Assembly (NCBI GenBank): GCA_945860565.1
Contig: CAMAQS010000002.1
Coordinates: 1,951 to 65,950 of the forward strand
Length of the DNA: 64,000 nt
Source: Chitinophaga pinensis
GTDB lineage: Bacteria; Bacteroidota; Bacteroidia; NS11-12g; UBA955
Reading direction: 5' to 3'
Both the position numbers and the translations under genes were made by a program. The notes under the pieces are model-generated. The model did not search any database and was not told the origin of the DNA. It saw only the letters and a list, made by a program, of their open reading frames with translations. This document shows positions 43,939 to 53,619 of this stretch, piece after piece (position 1 is the stretch's first letter; each line of letters begins with the position of its first letter).

Positions 43939-43961
43939 ATCTAATTCGAGATTAAGGAGTT

Positions 43962-44219
43962 TTACTTGTCGATTGATCCTAAAACTCTTTGCATAAATGC
44001 GTTCAATGCCTCTTTTTTTTCTGTGCCATCTAAAATGGATTTATTAACTTCTAAGGCGCCATACATATTTGAAATGAGTTCACCCAAAACATCTAATTCT
44101 TCGTCTTTTAGAGTAGGAACTTCAGTTAGAGATTCTAACACTTGAATGGCCTCTTCAATAAAGTCTGCATCTTTTTCAGCGATGAATTCAGTTAGGTGTT
44201 TAATTATGGGTAATTTCAT
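43962..44219 (-). CDS. Small acidic hypothetical protein, co-transcribed with the trx/prx pair
   Basis: 85 aa, helical and acidic. Lies 6 nt downstream of the thioredoxin gene. Confidence 0.4.
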   Translation of the reverse strand: MKLPIIKHLTEFIAEKDADFIEEAIQVLESLTEVPTLKDEELDVLGELISNMYGALEVNKSILDGTEKKEALNAFMQRVLGSIDK

Positions 44220-44225
44220 ATTGTT

Positions 44226-44534
44226 TTAAATGATTTCTTTCAATAATTCGGCCAAGACTTCGGCTTTGTTGGTTTGAGTTTGATTTACTAAAACACCGTT
44301 GTGGTATGTAGCAAAGGTGGGTAAATTCGAAACATTTGCCAACTTTCTAGATACTGGGTTTTTTTCAGCATCAATAACTACAAATTCGATAGATTCATTT
44401 TCTGAAGCCATTTTTTTGAATTTTGGTTTCATTATTTTACAGTTTCCGCACCAAGATGCCGAAAACTGTACTATCACCTTTTCGTTGCTGTTTAAAACAT
44501 CGGAAAGGGTGTCGGTTTCTAATTCAACAAACAT
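44226..44534 (-). CDS. Thioredoxin-like protein with variant CGNC active site
   Basis: FSASWCGNCKIMKPKF (CxxC). Start trimmed to the Met 12 nt after the prx stop. Confidence 0.7.
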   Translation of the reverse strand: MFVELETDTLSDVLNSNEKVIVQFSASWCGNCKIMKPKFKKMASENESIEFVVIDAEKNPVSRKLANVSNLPTFATYHNGVLVNQTQTNKAEVLAELLKEII

Positions 44535-44545
44535 ATTTGCAATAA

Positions 44546-45184
44546 TTAATTTGCAGCTAAATAGTTGGCAACACCGTCGCGGGTAGCGCTCATGGCTTCT
44601 TTGCCTTCTTCCCAATTGGCAGGACAAACTTCACCGTGGGTTTGAGTATGGGTGTATGCATCAATTAAGCGTAAATATTCATGTACGTTTCTTCCCAATG
44701 GCATGTCGTTTACACTTTCATGAAAGATTTTACCTGTTTCATCTACCAAATAGGTTGCGCGGTAAGTCACATTTGAACCTTCGTAAATGACAGTTTCCAA
44801 TTCATCCGAGTAATTCGAAGATTGAATGTCTAAAATACCCAAAATACTGCTAAGGTTGCGATTGGTGTCTGCAAGGATTGGATAAGTAACACCTTCAATT
44901 CCACCGTTGTCTTTTGGGGTATTTAACCAAGCAAAGTGTACCTCGTTCGTATCGCATGACGCACCAATTACTAGAGTATTTCTTTTTTCGAATTCTTTCA
45001 ATTCTGCTTGAAAAGCATGTAATTCGGTTGGACACACAAAGGTGAAATCTTTGGGATACCAGAACAAAAGCACTTTTTTGTTCTTTTCGGTAGCTTCTTT
45101 AAAGATGTTGATTGATAAGTTGTCGCCCATTTCAGACATAGCGTCTACAGCGATATTTGGGAATTGTTTTCCTACTAATGACAT
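44546..45184 (-). CDS. 2-Cys peroxiredoxin (AhpC/Prx1 family)
   Basis: The peroxidatic FTFVCPTEL motif and a resolving-Cys region (EVCPANW). Confidence 0.85.
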   Translation of the reverse strand: MSLVGKQFPNIAVDAMSEMGDNLSINIFKEATEKNKKVLLFWYPKDFTFVCPTELHAFQAELKEFEKRNTLVIGASCDTNEVHFAWLNTPKDNGGIEGVTYPILADTNRNLSSILGILDIQSSNYSDELETVIYEGSNVTYRATYLVDETGKIFHESVNDMPLGRNVHEYLRLIDAYTHTQTHGEVCPANWEEGKEAMSATRDGVANYLAAN

Positions 45185-45292
45185 AATGATTATTTTATAC
45201 AACAAAGTTACAAATAAGAACCCTGCTTGGTTTTAAAATGGTGTTATTTTTATCGATAGTTTTAGTTGGCTAAACAGATTCCAATTTAATAG

Positions 45293-45332
45293 ACAAAAAA
45301 AGCCGTTTTGTTTTTACAAAACGGCTTTTTTA
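45293..45332 (-). terminator. Bidirectional rho-independent terminator
   Basis: A perfect 11-bp stem, agccgttttgt/acaaaacggct, flanked by an A-run and T6. Confidence 0.5.
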
Positions 45333-45352
45333 AAATCTATGATAAATATTAA

Positions 45353-45730
45353 TTATTTTGGCTTTCTTGCACCTCTTGTTTCAACACCTTTTTTCTCAGT
45401 GGTGCTTCCAGTATTAGAAGTTGTTACTTTAGAACTAGTAATACTAGTTGTAGTAGCTGCAGGTTTTGAGCTAGAACTTTGTGTAGCACTAACATCGTTT
45501 TGACCTTTTAAATTGGTGTTAGCCGATTTAGTAGTACCATTAGCATTGATGGTTTTACCGTCAGTAGCATTGTTAGATTTGTTGTTGATGGTGCTGTTTT
45601 CTTTGGTAGAACCAGTTTCAACGTCTGCTGATCTTCTTCCAACAACAGATTTTGGTGGTTTTTGAGCTGATACAGTTAATACTGTGAAACCAGCAAGTGC
45701 GAATAAAGTTGTTTTTAAAGTATTTTTCAT
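45353..45730 (-). CDS. Secreted low-complexity (S/T/N/K-rich) protein, likely disordered
   Basis: A signal peptide, then about 100 aa rich in Thr, Ser and Asn with a basic C-terminus. A 380-bp AT-rich region lies upstream. Confidence 0.45.
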   Translation of the reverse strand: MKNTLKTTLFALAGFTVLTVSAQKPPKSVVGRRSADVETGSTKENSTINNKSNNATDGKTINANGTTKSANTNLKGQNDVSATQSSSSKPAATTTSITSSKVTTSNTGSTTEKKGVETRGARKPK

Positions 45731-46123
45731 AAGTTTTAATTTGTGTAAAACGAAACAAGTAAATATTTTTTTAAAAACCTAATTTTTTTTTTCAATTTCT
45801 TATTTTGTTAACATTTGTTTTTGATTTTGTTTGATTTTTGGAAATTGGAATTGAGCAAACTTTGATATATATTTTACCCTTATTTGAGTTTTGTAATTTG
45901 GCCTCTTTACGCAATTTTATTCACCTTTGGAATTGTTATAAAATAGAAAAGAGCCTTTTAATAATTCTATTTTTGTCTTATAAGAAACTTTTACTTAAAC
46001 ATTAATTTGATAAACTGCTAAAAGTGCTGCTTTTAGTATTTTTTTAGAGAAAACTGAATTCAAAATTATGAGGTTTTATTTTTTAGTTGAAAGCCTATCA
46101 TTTCTTTATTGTATTTTTTCACA

Positions 46124-47101
46124 ATGAAAGCGTACCATTTTCTTAAATTTCTATTTTTGTTCGCATGTGCAATGGGTGTTGTGAAGAAGAATCACGCACT
46201 GCATCTAACATCCCCCCAAAACAATAAAATCAAAGTTTGTTGCGGTGAATTGATTGTAATAGATACTTTTCCGAGTGCAAAAATTCCGCCAAGAACAGTC
46301 GCTATTTGGCTTCCAAGTAATTATTCAAGCAGTCAAAAGTATCCAGTTTTCTATTTTCACGATGGTCAAATGTTGTTTGATAGCCTAAGTACTTGGAATA
46401 AGCAAGAGTGGGGTGTGGATGAGGTTTTTAGTAGTATAAACCATGTAACTGGTTCCCCTTATTTTCCTAATGCAATTGTTGTTGCAATTTGGAACAATGG
46501 AAAGGATAGACATTCTAATTATTTTCCTCAAGCACCGTTAAATGGTTTAGACTCTCTAAAATGGTCGAGTTTGATGTCATTAAAACGTGGTGAATTTCCT
46601 TTGTTTTCTGGAAGTTTGTATTCTGATAATTATTTGGACTTTATAGTTCAAGAATTAAAGCCATATATTGATGGGCATTACTCGACGCTTACCGATAAAA
46701 GCAATACTTCCATTGCTGGTTCAAGTATGGGTGGATTGATTTCGATGTATGCTGGGGTTAAATATCCCCAGATTTTTGGTAATATTATATGCCTATCGAC
46801 CCATTGGATCGGGATTTTTGACGCCAAAGAACTGGCGATTTTTCCTTATTTTGAGAAATATTTAAAAGACAATCTTGAGATTTCAGATGGTACACAAAAG
46901 TGGATTTTCACTCGTGGTGGGGTAGGTTTAGATGCCTTTTATGAACATCCTCAGAATTCTGTAAATAAACTGTTTTTATCGAAGGGATATGTTGAAAATA
47001 AGTCGTTTTACTATCGATTATTTCCGGATTTAACGCACAATGAAAGGGCTTGGAATGCTCAATTGCCTTATGTGTTAAACTGTATTTGGTCTGAAAATTA
47101 A
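46124..47101 (+). CDS. Putative esterase (esterase-D/enterochelin-esterase-like alpha/beta hydrolase)
   Basis: Signal peptide, the GxSxG elbow IAGSSMGGLISMY, and a conserved His near the C-terminus. The ORF track start is a TTG at 46109. Confidence 0.6.
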   Translation: MKAYHFLKFLFLFACAMGVVKKNHALHLTSPQNNKIKVCCGELIVIDTFPSAKIPPRTVAIWLPSNYSSSQKYPVFYFHDGQMLFDSLSTWNKQEWGVDEVFSSINHVTGSPYFPNAIVVAIWNNGKDRHSNYFPQAPLNGLDSLKWSSLMSLKRGEFPLFSGSLYSDNYLDFIVQELKPYIDGHYSTLTDKSNTSIAGSSMGGLISMYAGVKYPQIFGNIICLSTHWIGIFDAKELAIFPYFEKYLKDNLEISDGTQKWIFTRGGVGLDAFYEHPQNSVNKLFLSKGYVENKSFYYRLFPDLTHNERAWNAQLPYVLNCIWSEN

Positions 47102-47586
47102 GGCTTTCTGTGGTTTGGGGGGATATTTTGTCTTGGCCCTTTTTTTGGCGTAAATAGTTCAGGGAGTTGCTGTGATAATTGTTTGAATAGCACTTTTTGC
47201 TCTTCAGATGTACACAATGATTTTATTTCTCTAATGTGAAAAATTCTCTGTTTTTCTATTCCCCTTGTGAGATTTGTAATTGAATCTAAAATAAGATTGT
47301 TTTGCAATTCATCCAAATCTTGACTGTATAGTTTTCTGCGAAAATCGCGTATCTTTTTTTCTGCTCTGAATACGAATAGTCTGTCATTGTCTACCATTTC
47401 ATCATATTTTGAAATCTGATCTTCTGTGAGTTTCAGATAATTAATAATATATAATTTAGGACCACCGGGACCGTGGGGTTTTGGTGGTAATTGGTTTGTT
47501 GACTGTAGTATGAGGGTGACTACCAGGCCAATATTTACAATTAAACCACCAATACCGATTATTTTCCAAAAGCGTTGGACTTGCAT
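47098..47586 (-). CDS. Membrane-anchored periplasmic LTXXQ-motif (Spy/CpxP-like) protein
   Basis: An N-terminal transmembrane helix, then LTEDQISKYD and SEEQKVLFK repeats. Confidence 0.5.
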   Translation of the reverse strand: MQVQRFWKIIGIGGLIVNIGLVVTLILQSTNQLPPKPHGPGGPKLYIINYLKLTEDQISKYDEMVDNDRLFVFRAEKKIRDFRRKLYSQDLDELQNNLILDSITNLTRGIEKQRIFHIREIKSLCTSEEQKVLFKQLSQQLPELFTPKKGPRQNIPPNHRKP

Positions 47587-47588
47587 AT

Positions 47589-47864
47589 TTAATAAATTTG
47601 ATAAGATTCAATTTGAACGATATTTTTCAATTCGTTTGAGACATTCGTGTTCAATGATGGCTGTGTTTTTTGTTGGTATTGTTTTGTAACACAAAGCGTC
47701 GAAATAAGCCAAATGGCTGCTACCGGCCAGAGCCAGTTTAAACTAATGTTTAATTCTGTTCTGTTTTTTTGTGCTTCTTTAAGTTTATATATGTTGGTGT
47801 TAACATCAAAATGCGGATATTCAGTTGAAGCCATGACTTCGTTAATCCAATTTTCTTTTTTCAT
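47589..47864 (-). CDS. Small single-pass membrane protein, candidate anti-sigma factor
   Basis: 91 aa, a roughly 45-aa cytoplasmic N-terminus then a transmembrane helix (WLWPVAAIWLISTLCV). Sits between the ECF sigma gene and the LTXXQ gene. Confidence 0.35.
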   Translation of the reverse strand: MKKENWINEVMASTEYPHFDVNTNIYKLKEAQKNRTELNISLNWLWPVAAIWLISTLCVTKQYQQKTQPSLNTNVSNELKNIVQIESYQIY

Positions 47865-47905
47865 TTTTATGCCTTTTAGTGTGTTAGACGATTAAATTAT
47901 GTATT

Positions 47906-48496
47906 CTATTCGGAGTCACCGTAAATTTGATCGAATTTTTGGGACAATTGTTCTTTGATTTTTGACATTGTTCTAAATCGGATGGATTCAACTGCTTTAA
48001 TTGATTTAGATAATATTTCTGAAATTTCTTGATTTGATAATTTTAGTTCCCACGACAATCTGAAAACCCATTGTTGTTCTTGGTTCAATGTATTTAAAAC
48101 TTCGTACAATAAAAGTTCTAGATTTTCATGGATAATTCTACTGCTTGGATTAGAACTATATTGTTCCGTTTGATTGTGTTCGATCTCTTCGATGTTTTTA
48201 GCTAATTCAGTGCGATCGAAGGTTCTTTTTTTCCTGTTTAGAGCTTTAAAATAATCTTGAATTTTCCTATATGTTATTTTGTATATCCAGGTTTTAAGTT
48301 GTGCATCTCCCCTAAATTGACCGTGTTTGTCGAAAACAATCAGAAAAACATCTTGAACTATTTCCTCTGCATCTTCTTTGTTTAATACCTGAGAATAGGC
48401 CAGTTTGAAAACAAAAGGAGCCAATGATTGATAGAGTTTTTCAAATTTTTGAATTGTCACGAATGAAGCGAAAATACACTTTTTAAGTGCACGCAA
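47906..48496 (-). CDS. ECF-type RNA polymerase sigma factor
   Basis: Region 2 (VQDVFLIVFDK...WIYKITYRKIQDYF) and region 4 HTH (LSNQEISEILSKSIKAVESIRFRTMSKIKEQL). Confidence 0.75.
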   Translation of the reverse strand: MRALKKCIFASFVTIQKFEKLYQSLAPFVFKLAYSQVLNKEDAEEIVQDVFLIVFDKHGQFRGDAQLKTWIYKITYRKIQDYFKALNRKKRTFDRTELAKNIEEIEHNQTEQYSSNPSSRIIHENLELLLYEVLNTLNQEQQWVFRLSWELKLSNQEISEILSKSIKAVESIRFRTMSKIKEQLSQKFDQIYGDSE

Positions 48497-48519
48497 AAAG
48501 TAATGTTTAAGTCATTGTG

Positions 48520-49410
48520 TTATTTTGTATTTCTCAGACGCTCAAAATACATGTGTTTAATGATGCCATCGGCCAATCCAATTTTTGGTACAAAAATTTG
48601 ATTGGAATTGGACCATTTTAACAAATGAATATAAATATGCAGCGCTGGAACAATAACATTGGCGCGGTCTTCGCGCATGGCAAACTCATGCATTCTTTGT
48701 TCTAATGTTAGCTGACTCATTTGAGAGAACAATGATTCGAAGAAGTCTAATTTTACAGGCTTTCCTTCTTTGCGTTTCGATAAAGAAAAGAGCTTGTTTA
48801 TATTCCCTCCACTACCAATTATTTTAATGGGTTGATGATTGTACAATTCAGTTTTTGCAAATTGTTTCATCCTGTTCCATTCAGTATTGTTCCATTGGTT
48901 GTTCAATAATCGAATTGTTCCAATGTTAAACGATTCTTTTACAGAGACTTCGTTGTTTACGAGAACGGTAATTTCAGTACTTCCACCACCTACGTCTATA
49001 AATGCCAAATTTTCTCCTTTTACAGGTAAGCTAGCGAGATGATTTTCGTAAATAATGGTGGCTTCTTCTTGGCCAGTGATTACCTCTATTAGAATATCTG
49101 TTTTATCTTGGATTTCTTTAATTACCTCCTTGGCATTTTTGGCATCGCGCATGGCAGATGTTGCACAAACTCTAAATTCTTCAACTTGATAAACAGTCAT
49201 TAAAATTTTAAATGCATTCAATGTTTGAAGAAGCATCTCTTTTTTTTGTGTGCTAATTAAACCTGTAGTAAACACTTCAAAGCCAAGTTGTAAAGGAATT
49301 CTTACAAGATTTAACTTGGTAAAATCGACTTCTTTTTCACCGTACTTTTCAACTTGGGATATAAGCAATCTTGCTGCGTTGGAGCCAATATCTATACTTG
49401 CGAGAATCAA
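48520..49410 (-). CDS. ppx: Ppx/GppA-family exopolyphosphatase
   Basis: ILASIDIGSNAARLLI (actin-like ATPase fold) and DVGGGSTE. Confidence 0.85.
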   Translation of the reverse strand: MILASIDIGSNAARLLISQVEKYGEKEVDFTKLNLVRIPLQLGFEVFTTGLISTQKKEMLLQTLNAFKILMTVYQVEEFRVCATSAMRDAKNAKEVIKEIQDKTDILIEVITGQEEATIIYENHLASLPVKGENLAFIDVGGGSTEITVLVNNEVSVKESFNIGTIRLLNNQWNNTEWNRMKQFAKTELYNHQPIKIIGSGGNINKLFSLSKRKEGKPVKLDFFESLFSQMSQLTLEQRMHEFAMREDRANVIVPALHIYIHLLKWSNSNQIFVPKIGLADGIIKHMYFERLRNTK

Positions 49411-49793
49411 AATATTTCTTTCAAAAATACGATAAGGAATTCGGAATAAAGTGAAGGAGAGAATTTATTTTAGTGATATTTAAAAATGTTATATTAATAA
49501 GTTATTTATTTAAAAAATAAGAAACCCCTCTGTTAGGAGGGGTAAGGGTTAAGGGTAAGATCTGTAAGGTCAAATTGTATATAAATATCTGCAATTTTTT
49601 ATACACAAATTGATTTAAAATTAAAAGTTCACCAAGAAAAGAAAATAAGATTTGTCAATTTTTGAAGATGTTTTACATGTTCATCATATCAACAATAAAG
49701 ACTGTACAAAAGCCGTGCCAAAAAATACGGTTGGTTAATAAATTTGTGATTTTTCAAAAAGAAGTTTTGCAAATATTTGTGAAAACCCTAAAT

Positions 49794-51866
49794 TTAAGGG
49801 TATTCTTTGGAATGCAAGTAATCGTAAATGGCAATTTGTGAGCGCACAGCTATTGCATTTTGAGGAACTTCAACATATTCGTTTTTTTGGAAATTGTCGA
49901 GAATACGGGCCTTCACATTTTCACTTAATTGAATATTTAAAATGTCTATTAATTCTTTACTAAGGGTCTTAGAAAAAATGGGACAAGCCACTTCGACCCT
50001 ATGGTCTAAATTCCTAACCATCCAATCGGCCGATGAAATATACACCAATGGATTTTGGTGGTTATTGAAAACCAATATCCTTGCATGTTCTAAATATTGG
50101 TCTACAATGCTTATTGCATTAATTGGTTTTTTGAAGTTTTTAGATTCTGTTAAAGCGGTACAAATACCCCGGATAATTAGTTCAACCTGCACCCCAGATT
50201 TGGCTGCTTTGTGTAATGCGTTAATGAGTGAATCATCTACCAAGCTATTTAACTTAAGTGTTATTTTTCTGCTGTGACGGTGATTTCTACGCATCATTTC
50301 TTTGTGAATCAATTCTAAGAAATGTGCGCGCATAACGTTGGGAGAAGGGATAAGGGTTTTACAATATTTTAATCGCTCCAAATTGGGTTTTGGTGATTCT
50401 AAACAATCAAATATTCGATTTAAATCAGAGATGATGTTCGCTTTTGTGGTGAGCAACATGTGATCACCGTAAACTTGTGCGGTTCCTTCATGTAAATTTC
50501 CAGTTGATATGAAACCATATTGTACGGTTTTATTAAATTCACGTTTTTTGATAACGCAAATTTTAGCGTGTACTTTCATGTCTGGCAAACCAACATGAAC
50601 GGTAATTCCTTCTTCTTCCAGAATTGATTTCCATTGTAAATTGGCTTGTTCATCAAATCGAGCCTTTAATTCAATAATTACAGTGACTTTTTTGCCATTT
50701 CTTACAGCATTTAACAAGGCGTTAATTATTTTAGAATCTTTGGCCAATCTATATACCGTTACCCTAATGCTTTGAACAAAAGGATCAATTGCAGCTTCTC
50801 TCAACAAATCAATGACAGAATCAAATGAATGGTATGGAAAATGCAACATTACATCTCTGTTCTCAAGCACATCCATTATTCTACAGGGTTGTTTAAGCAG
50901 TGGATGAACAAATGGACGAGGTCTTGGGGTAATATCGCTAAATACAGATTTGGGGAAGTCCATAAAAGCCCTGAAATTGTGAATTCTGCCTCCCGGCATT
51001 AGATTGTCTTTTTTAGACAAGTTTAACCGTCTAATCAGATAATCTAACAATTGGGGCTCGATTTTTTTGTCGTAAGCAAATCTTGTTGCTTTTCCTTTTG
51101 AACGGCGTTTTAAGTTTTTTTCTAGGTCTGCAATGAGATTGCTTTTTATGTCGTTATCTAAGTCAATTTCAGCGTCTCTTGTAAGTTTAATTATATAGCT
51201 TTTAAATCGATTAAAACCAAATGGGGCAAATAAGAATTTTAGATTGTAACGAATGATGTCTTCTAAAAGAATAATGTGAGTTTCTTTACCAGAAAATGGC
51301 AAAATTACAAATCTAGGCACTTGATCTTCAGGTATTTGGATGAGTGCATACCTCTGCAACATGTGGTTTTGAGCATTTCCCAACATGCATGCCAGATATA
51401 TTAATCTATCCTTTAACATAGGCGCATTGGGCATACTTTCTACCATTAAAGGAACAATTTGGGATCTTACTTTTTCTTCAAAGTAATTTTCAACCCAAAT
51501 TTTTTGTTCTGCATTTAATTGCCTTTCTGTTTTCAGGAAAATATTATATTGTACAGCCAATTCCCCAATAATATCTTGGAATGTTTGGTCAAATGATGTT
51601 TGTTGACGAGCAACAACTTCTTGAATATTTGCAAGTATTTTCTCGGGATGATCTTCTAAGTGTATACGGGCAGTGGTTTTATCTAAGCGCAACATTTTAT
51701 TTAATGTACCCACTCTAACTCTGAAAAATTCATCCAAATTGTTGGAAAAAATTCCTAAAAATCGCAAGCGATCATACAAATGCACGTTTTCGTCTTGCGC
51801 TTCTTGCATGACTCTTTCGTTAAATGCAAGCCAACTTATATCCCTTATTATTTTAGTTTTTATCAC
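49794..51866 (-). CDS. ppk: Polyphosphate kinase 1
   Basis: FNERVMQEAQDENVHLYDRLRFLGIFSNNLDEFFRVRV, about 690 aa, with PLD-like C-terminal domains. Confidence 0.92.
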   Translation of the reverse strand: MIKTKIIRDISWLAFNERVMQEAQDENVHLYDRLRFLGIFSNNLDEFFRVRVGTLNKMLRLDKTTARIHLEDHPEKILANIQEVVARQQTSFDQTFQDIIGELAVQYNIFLKTERQLNAEQKIWVENYFEEKVRSQIVPLMVESMPNAPMLKDRLIYLACMLGNAQNHMLQRYALIQIPEDQVPRFVILPFSGKETHIILLEDIIRYNLKFLFAPFGFNRFKSYIIKLTRDAEIDLDNDIKSNLIADLEKNLKRRSKGKATRFAYDKKIEPQLLDYLIRRLNLSKKDNLMPGGRIHNFRAFMDFPKSVFSDITPRPRPFVHPLLKQPCRIMDVLENRDVMLHFPYHSFDSVIDLLREAAIDPFVQSIRVTVYRLAKDSKIINALLNAVRNGKKVTVIIELKARFDEQANLQWKSILEEEGITVHVGLPDMKVHAKICVIKKREFNKTVQYGFISTGNLHEGTAQVYGDHMLLTTKANIISDLNRIFDCLESPKPNLERLKYCKTLIPSPNVMRAHFLELIHKEMMRRNHRHSRKITLKLNSLVDDSLINALHKAAKSGVQVELIIRGICTALTESKNFKKPINAISIVDQYLEHARILVFNNHQNPLVYISSADWMVRNLDHRVEVACPIFSKTLSKELIDILNIQLSENVKARILDNFQKNEYVEVPQNAIAVRSQIAIYDYLHSKEYP

Positions 51867-51977
51867 GCTGAGTTAATTCTATACTGTTCGCAAAAATATT
51901 ATTAATCTTTTATCTGCAATGTTAAGTTTATGGAGTTTAAGAACTCACTTAAATTCTACGAAATATAAAAAATATAC

Positions 51978-52745
51978 TTAATTACTTATTGCCAATCCAA
52001 TTTGTCCTAAATCTTGAATTTCCGCTGAAAATGATAAATGTCCAGAAATAAAATGAGCGGAGGTGGCCGCACCAGCCATCACATACATTCCCTTTTTTAA
52101 TGGAATTTTGTAAGTTTCTGCCAATCGCGTTGCCGCAGACAGTGCTTTCCAAGGGTCACCTAAAATATCATTACTGGAACCTGATTCTACAATTGTTTCA
52201 TCTATCAATAAATCAATTTTTAGATCAGACAATGAGGTTTGTATTGGCATTATCTCACCAATTGCAAAACCCGCCGAAGAACAATTGTCGGCTACAACAT
52301 CCTCCAAAGAAAACTTAAAATTTTCATATCGTGAATCTATGATTTCAATGGCCGCCGCTATGCCAGATACCTTTTTTTTGACTTCATCTACGGTCAATTC
52401 CCCTTCAATATCTTCAGAGAGAATAAAACAGATTTCTGGTTCGGCTCTTGGGTGTATAAATTTACTTAAAGTAATTTTATCATTATTCGCAAACAACATA
52501 CTACTTGTTAGTTGACCAATTATCATGTCACTAACTCCCATTTGTAACATTTTTGCTTCTGAAGTAAAACCCATTTTAACGCCAATTAATTTTTCGCCCT
52601 CTTCATGTCGTAGTGCGATTTCTTTATGTTGGATTTCGTATGCTTGGGATAGGGTTATACTGTGTTTTAAGCTAATTTGTTCAGTTGCGTTGGCCGATTT
52701 TACCGCTTTGTGTAAGGTGGTTGCGAGTAGATTTATATCAATCAT
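51978..52745 (-). CDS. 2-keto-4-pentenoate hydratase / 4-oxalocrotonate decarboxylase family protein (MhpD/XylJ/XylI-like), paralogue 1
   Basis: The family core KLIGVKMGFTS...MLQMGVSDMIIGQL, about 255 aa. Confidence 0.65.
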   Translation of the reverse strand: MIDINLLATTLHKAVKSANATEQISLKHSITLSQAYEIQHKEIALRHEEGEKLIGVKMGFTSEAKMLQMGVSDMIIGQLTSSMLFANNDKITLSKFIHPRAEPEICFILSEDIEGELTVDEVKKKVSGIAAAIEIIDSRYENFKFSLEDVVADNCSSAGFAIGEIMPIQTSLSDLKIDLLIDETIVESGSSNDILGDPWKALSAATRLAETYKIPLKKGMYVMAGAATSAHFISGHLSFSAEIQDLGQIGLAISN

Positions 52746-52838
52746 GAAACAAAGTTACGTCATTTATTTACTTCTGAGTTGAGATTCAAAATCAACTATT
52801 TTTAAGACTTCTACTTACCTTTGAAGTAAGTTTATAGC

Positions 52839-53615
52839 ATGACAGAGATTGAAAATATTGCACAAAGTTTATGGAATGCCCAAATATCAAGAATGCCTAT
52901 TGCGCCTATACGGACATTGATTGGCGAATCTAATATTGAATTGGCCTACCAAATTCAACAGTTTAACGTGAACAGAGTTTTAAATTCTGGCGGTAAAAGA
53001 GTGGGGGCAAAAATTGGCCTAACATCCTTTTCTGTACAACAACAATTGGGGGTTAGTCAACCGGATTTTGGAATACTTTTTCAGCATACTCAAATACCAA
53101 ATGGTGGTTCTTTTCCGGCTATCGAAATTTTGCAACCCAAAGCAGAAGCAGAAATTGCTTTTGTTTTAAATAAAGGTATAAATAATAGGATAGAGGATAT
53201 TTCTGAATTGATCTCATATATTGATACCATTTGCGCAAGCATTGAAATAGTAGGTTCACGCATCGAAAATTGGAATATTGGTATCACCGATACCGTCGCA
53301 GACAATGCTTCTGCAAGTCATTTTGTGTTGTCTGACGAAAGAATAGATGTAAATGGTTTTGATTTTGAGGGATGTAAAATGGAATTGTTAAAAAACGGCG
53401 AGTTGGTTTCAAATGGGGTAGGCAGTGCGTGTCTTGGAAATCCATGGAATGCAGTTATGTGGTTGGCAAATACCATGATTGATTTTGGTACGCCATTGCA
53501 AATGGGTGACATTATATTGTCGGGGGCATTGGGCCCAATGATTTCGATACATGCTGGTGATGATATTCGCGCTAGTGTTTCCGGATTGGGTGAAGTAAAT
53601 CTAAAATTTAGTTAA
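52839..53615 (+). CDS. 2-keto-4-pentenoate hydratase / 4-oxalocrotonate decarboxylase family protein, paralogue 2
   Basis: RMPIAPI...[29 protein letters not shown] closely matches the XylJ/MhpD consensus. Confidence 0.7.
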   Translation: MTEIENIAQSLWNAQISRMPIAPIRTLIGESNIELAYQIQQFNVNRVLNSGGKRVGAKIGLTSFSVQQQLGVSQPDFGILFQHTQIPNGGSFPAIEILQPKAEAEIAFVLNKGINNRIEDISELISYIDTICASIEIVGSRIENWNIGITDTVADNASASHFVLSDERIDVNGFDFEGCKMELLKNGELVSNGVGSACLGNPWNAVMWLANTMIDFGTPLQMGDIILSGALGPMISIHAGDDIRASVSGLGEVNLKFS

Positions 53616-53619
53616 AGTT

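Noticed and set aside
49470-49640. Short tandem gtaagggttaagggtaag and nearby AT-rich repeats, considered as a possible CRISPR or minisatellite
   Set aside because: There are only about 2.5 copies of a 7-bp unit, with no regular repeat-spacer periodicity of 24-48 bp and no cas genes in the window. It is not a CRISPR array.
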